Of a DNA stretch of 64,000 nucleotides, positions 63,134-64,000 are shown piece by piece. The stretch's first letter is position 1, and every line of letters begins with the position of its first letter. The DNA is from an uncultured delta proteobacterium (lineage in GTDB: Bacteria > Desulfobacterota > Binatia > Binatales > Binataceae), in the NCBI GenBank assembly GCA_963761255.1, contig CAVXGH010000004.1, positions 230,890 to 294,889 of the forward strand, read 5' to 3'. A model generated the notes under the pieces. It ran no database searches. It was not told the origin of the DNA and saw only the letters and a program-made list of their open reading frames with translations. The translations under genes were made by a program, and so were the position numbers.

Positions 63134-63970
63134 ATGGCCTCGATTCCAGTGCTGCCGGCGAACGCGCCCTCTAAAGATGTCGTGGCATGTCTCGAACACG
63201 CCGGATGCGTCGTGGTGCGCGATGTCACCGACGCCGCAACGCGCGAGGCGCTCAAGCGCGAGCTGGCGCCGCACATGGAAAGCTCCGACGCGGGCAATCG
63301 GCTCAACAAGGTCTATGAGGCGTCGGGCGGCAACGGCAGTTTTTATCCTGGCAACACCACTCGCATCACGGCGCTGGTCGCGAAATCGGAAACCTTTCGC
63401 GGATTTGTGATGCATCCGCTCATGCTCTCGGCCTGCGACGCGTTGCTGAAGCCCAACTGCGCGAGCTACCAGGTGCACGCTACTGCCGGTCTGGTGGTCG
63501 GCCCGGGCGCGACGGTGCAGGTGCTTCATCGCGAGGAAGATGGCTTTCAATTTTTCAAGCTGCCGCGTCCGAACATGGTGCTCGCCAGCATGTGGGCCAT
63601 CAGCGATTTTACCGAGGCCAATGGCGGCACGCATCTGGTGCCGGGGAGCCATCGATGGGCCCAGGGCCGCGTCGCGCGTGATGATGAAGTCGTCGCCGCG
63701 GAAATGCCGGCCGGTTCGGTTCTGCTCTGGATGGGTGGCACCTTGCACGGCGCGGGCGCGAATCGCACCGCAAGCGAATGGCGCTACGGCGTCTTCCTTT
63801 CCTACTCGCTCGGATGGCTGCGGCAGGAGGAAAATCAATACATCGACACGCCGCCTGCGATCGCGCGCACTTTTTCGAAACCGCTGCGGCGTTTTATCGG
63901 TTATGGCATGCATGCCTCGCTGGGCTATACCGATGTCGCGCCGAACGAATCGACGGAGAAGCAACCTTGA
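63134..63970 (+). CDS. Phytanoyl-CoA dioxygenase (PhyH) family protein (paralog 2)
   Basis: …VQVLHREEDGF…, …GGTHLVPGSHRW…, …LLWMGGTLHGAGANRT…. GGAG RBS before MASIPV; the ORF is open to 63092. Confidence 0.8.
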   Translation: MASIPVLPANAPSKDVVACLEHAGCVVVRDVTDAATREALKRELAPHMESSDAGNRLNKVYEASGGNGSFYPGNTTRITALVAKSETFRGFVMHPLMLSACDALLKPNCASYQVHATAGLVVGPGATVQVLHREEDGFQFFKLPRPNMVLASMWAISDFTEANGGTHLVPGSHRWAQGRVARDDEVVAAEMPAGSVLLWMGGTLHGAGANRTASEWRYGVFLSYSLGWLRQEENQYIDTPPAIARTFSKPLRRFIGYGMHASLGYTDVAPNESTEKQP

Positions 63971-64000
63971 CCGACAGCACGTCATCGCCCGCCGAGCTGA

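Overview
High-GC (about 65-70%) bacterial chromosomal segment, probably from a long-read assembly or MAG of a soil-type lineage. The dense, well-formed long ORFs encode housekeeping and catabolic functions: guaB, ispH, a sulfur-assimilation cluster (Rrf2 regulator, sulfite reductase, APS/PAPS reductase), a family-B DNA polymerase II, MoaB and a MoaD-MoaE fusion, hemJ, a cold-shock protein, fatty-acid/glutarate-type beta-oxidation genes (glutaryl-CoA dehydrogenase, crotonase, MaoC dehydratase, CoA-transferase, an etfB/etfA pair, a fused EtfB-EtfA), a B12/siderophore-type ABC importer locus, two phytanoyl-CoA dioxygenase paralogs next to two epoxide-hydrolase paralogs, and an envelope/lipid cluster (CDP-alcohol phosphatidyltransferase, flippase-like UPF0104 protein, DUF3108-like protein, tandemly duplicated secreted paralogs). 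No integrase, transposase, rRNA, tRNA or CRISPR array is visible. Accessory content is limited to small two-gene modules: a frameshifted vapBC-like pair in a low-GC island at the 5' end, a DUF433/DUF5615 pair, an orphan hicB with a decayed hicA, and a DUF5678-like plus retropepsin-like aspartic protease pair. One 1.4 kb non-coding stretch (about 13860-15230) carries direct repeats and a 26-bp perfect inverted repeat flanking about 370 bp, which is MITE-like. Several genes are interrupted by single-nucleotide frameshifts or an in-frame stop (vapC, a VOC/glyoxalase gene, etfB, etfA, and probably the 5' end of a secreted Big-repeat protein), mostly at or near homopolymers. This is either real decay (a fused EtfBA paralog could stand in for etfAB) or consensus indel error, and read-level checking is needed. 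No known defense system is recognisable. The best candidates for little-characterised biology are the DUF5678/retropepsin pair, the MITE-like repeat region, the NarI-like membrane Fe-S/CCG oxidoreductase and the small lysine-rich protein.
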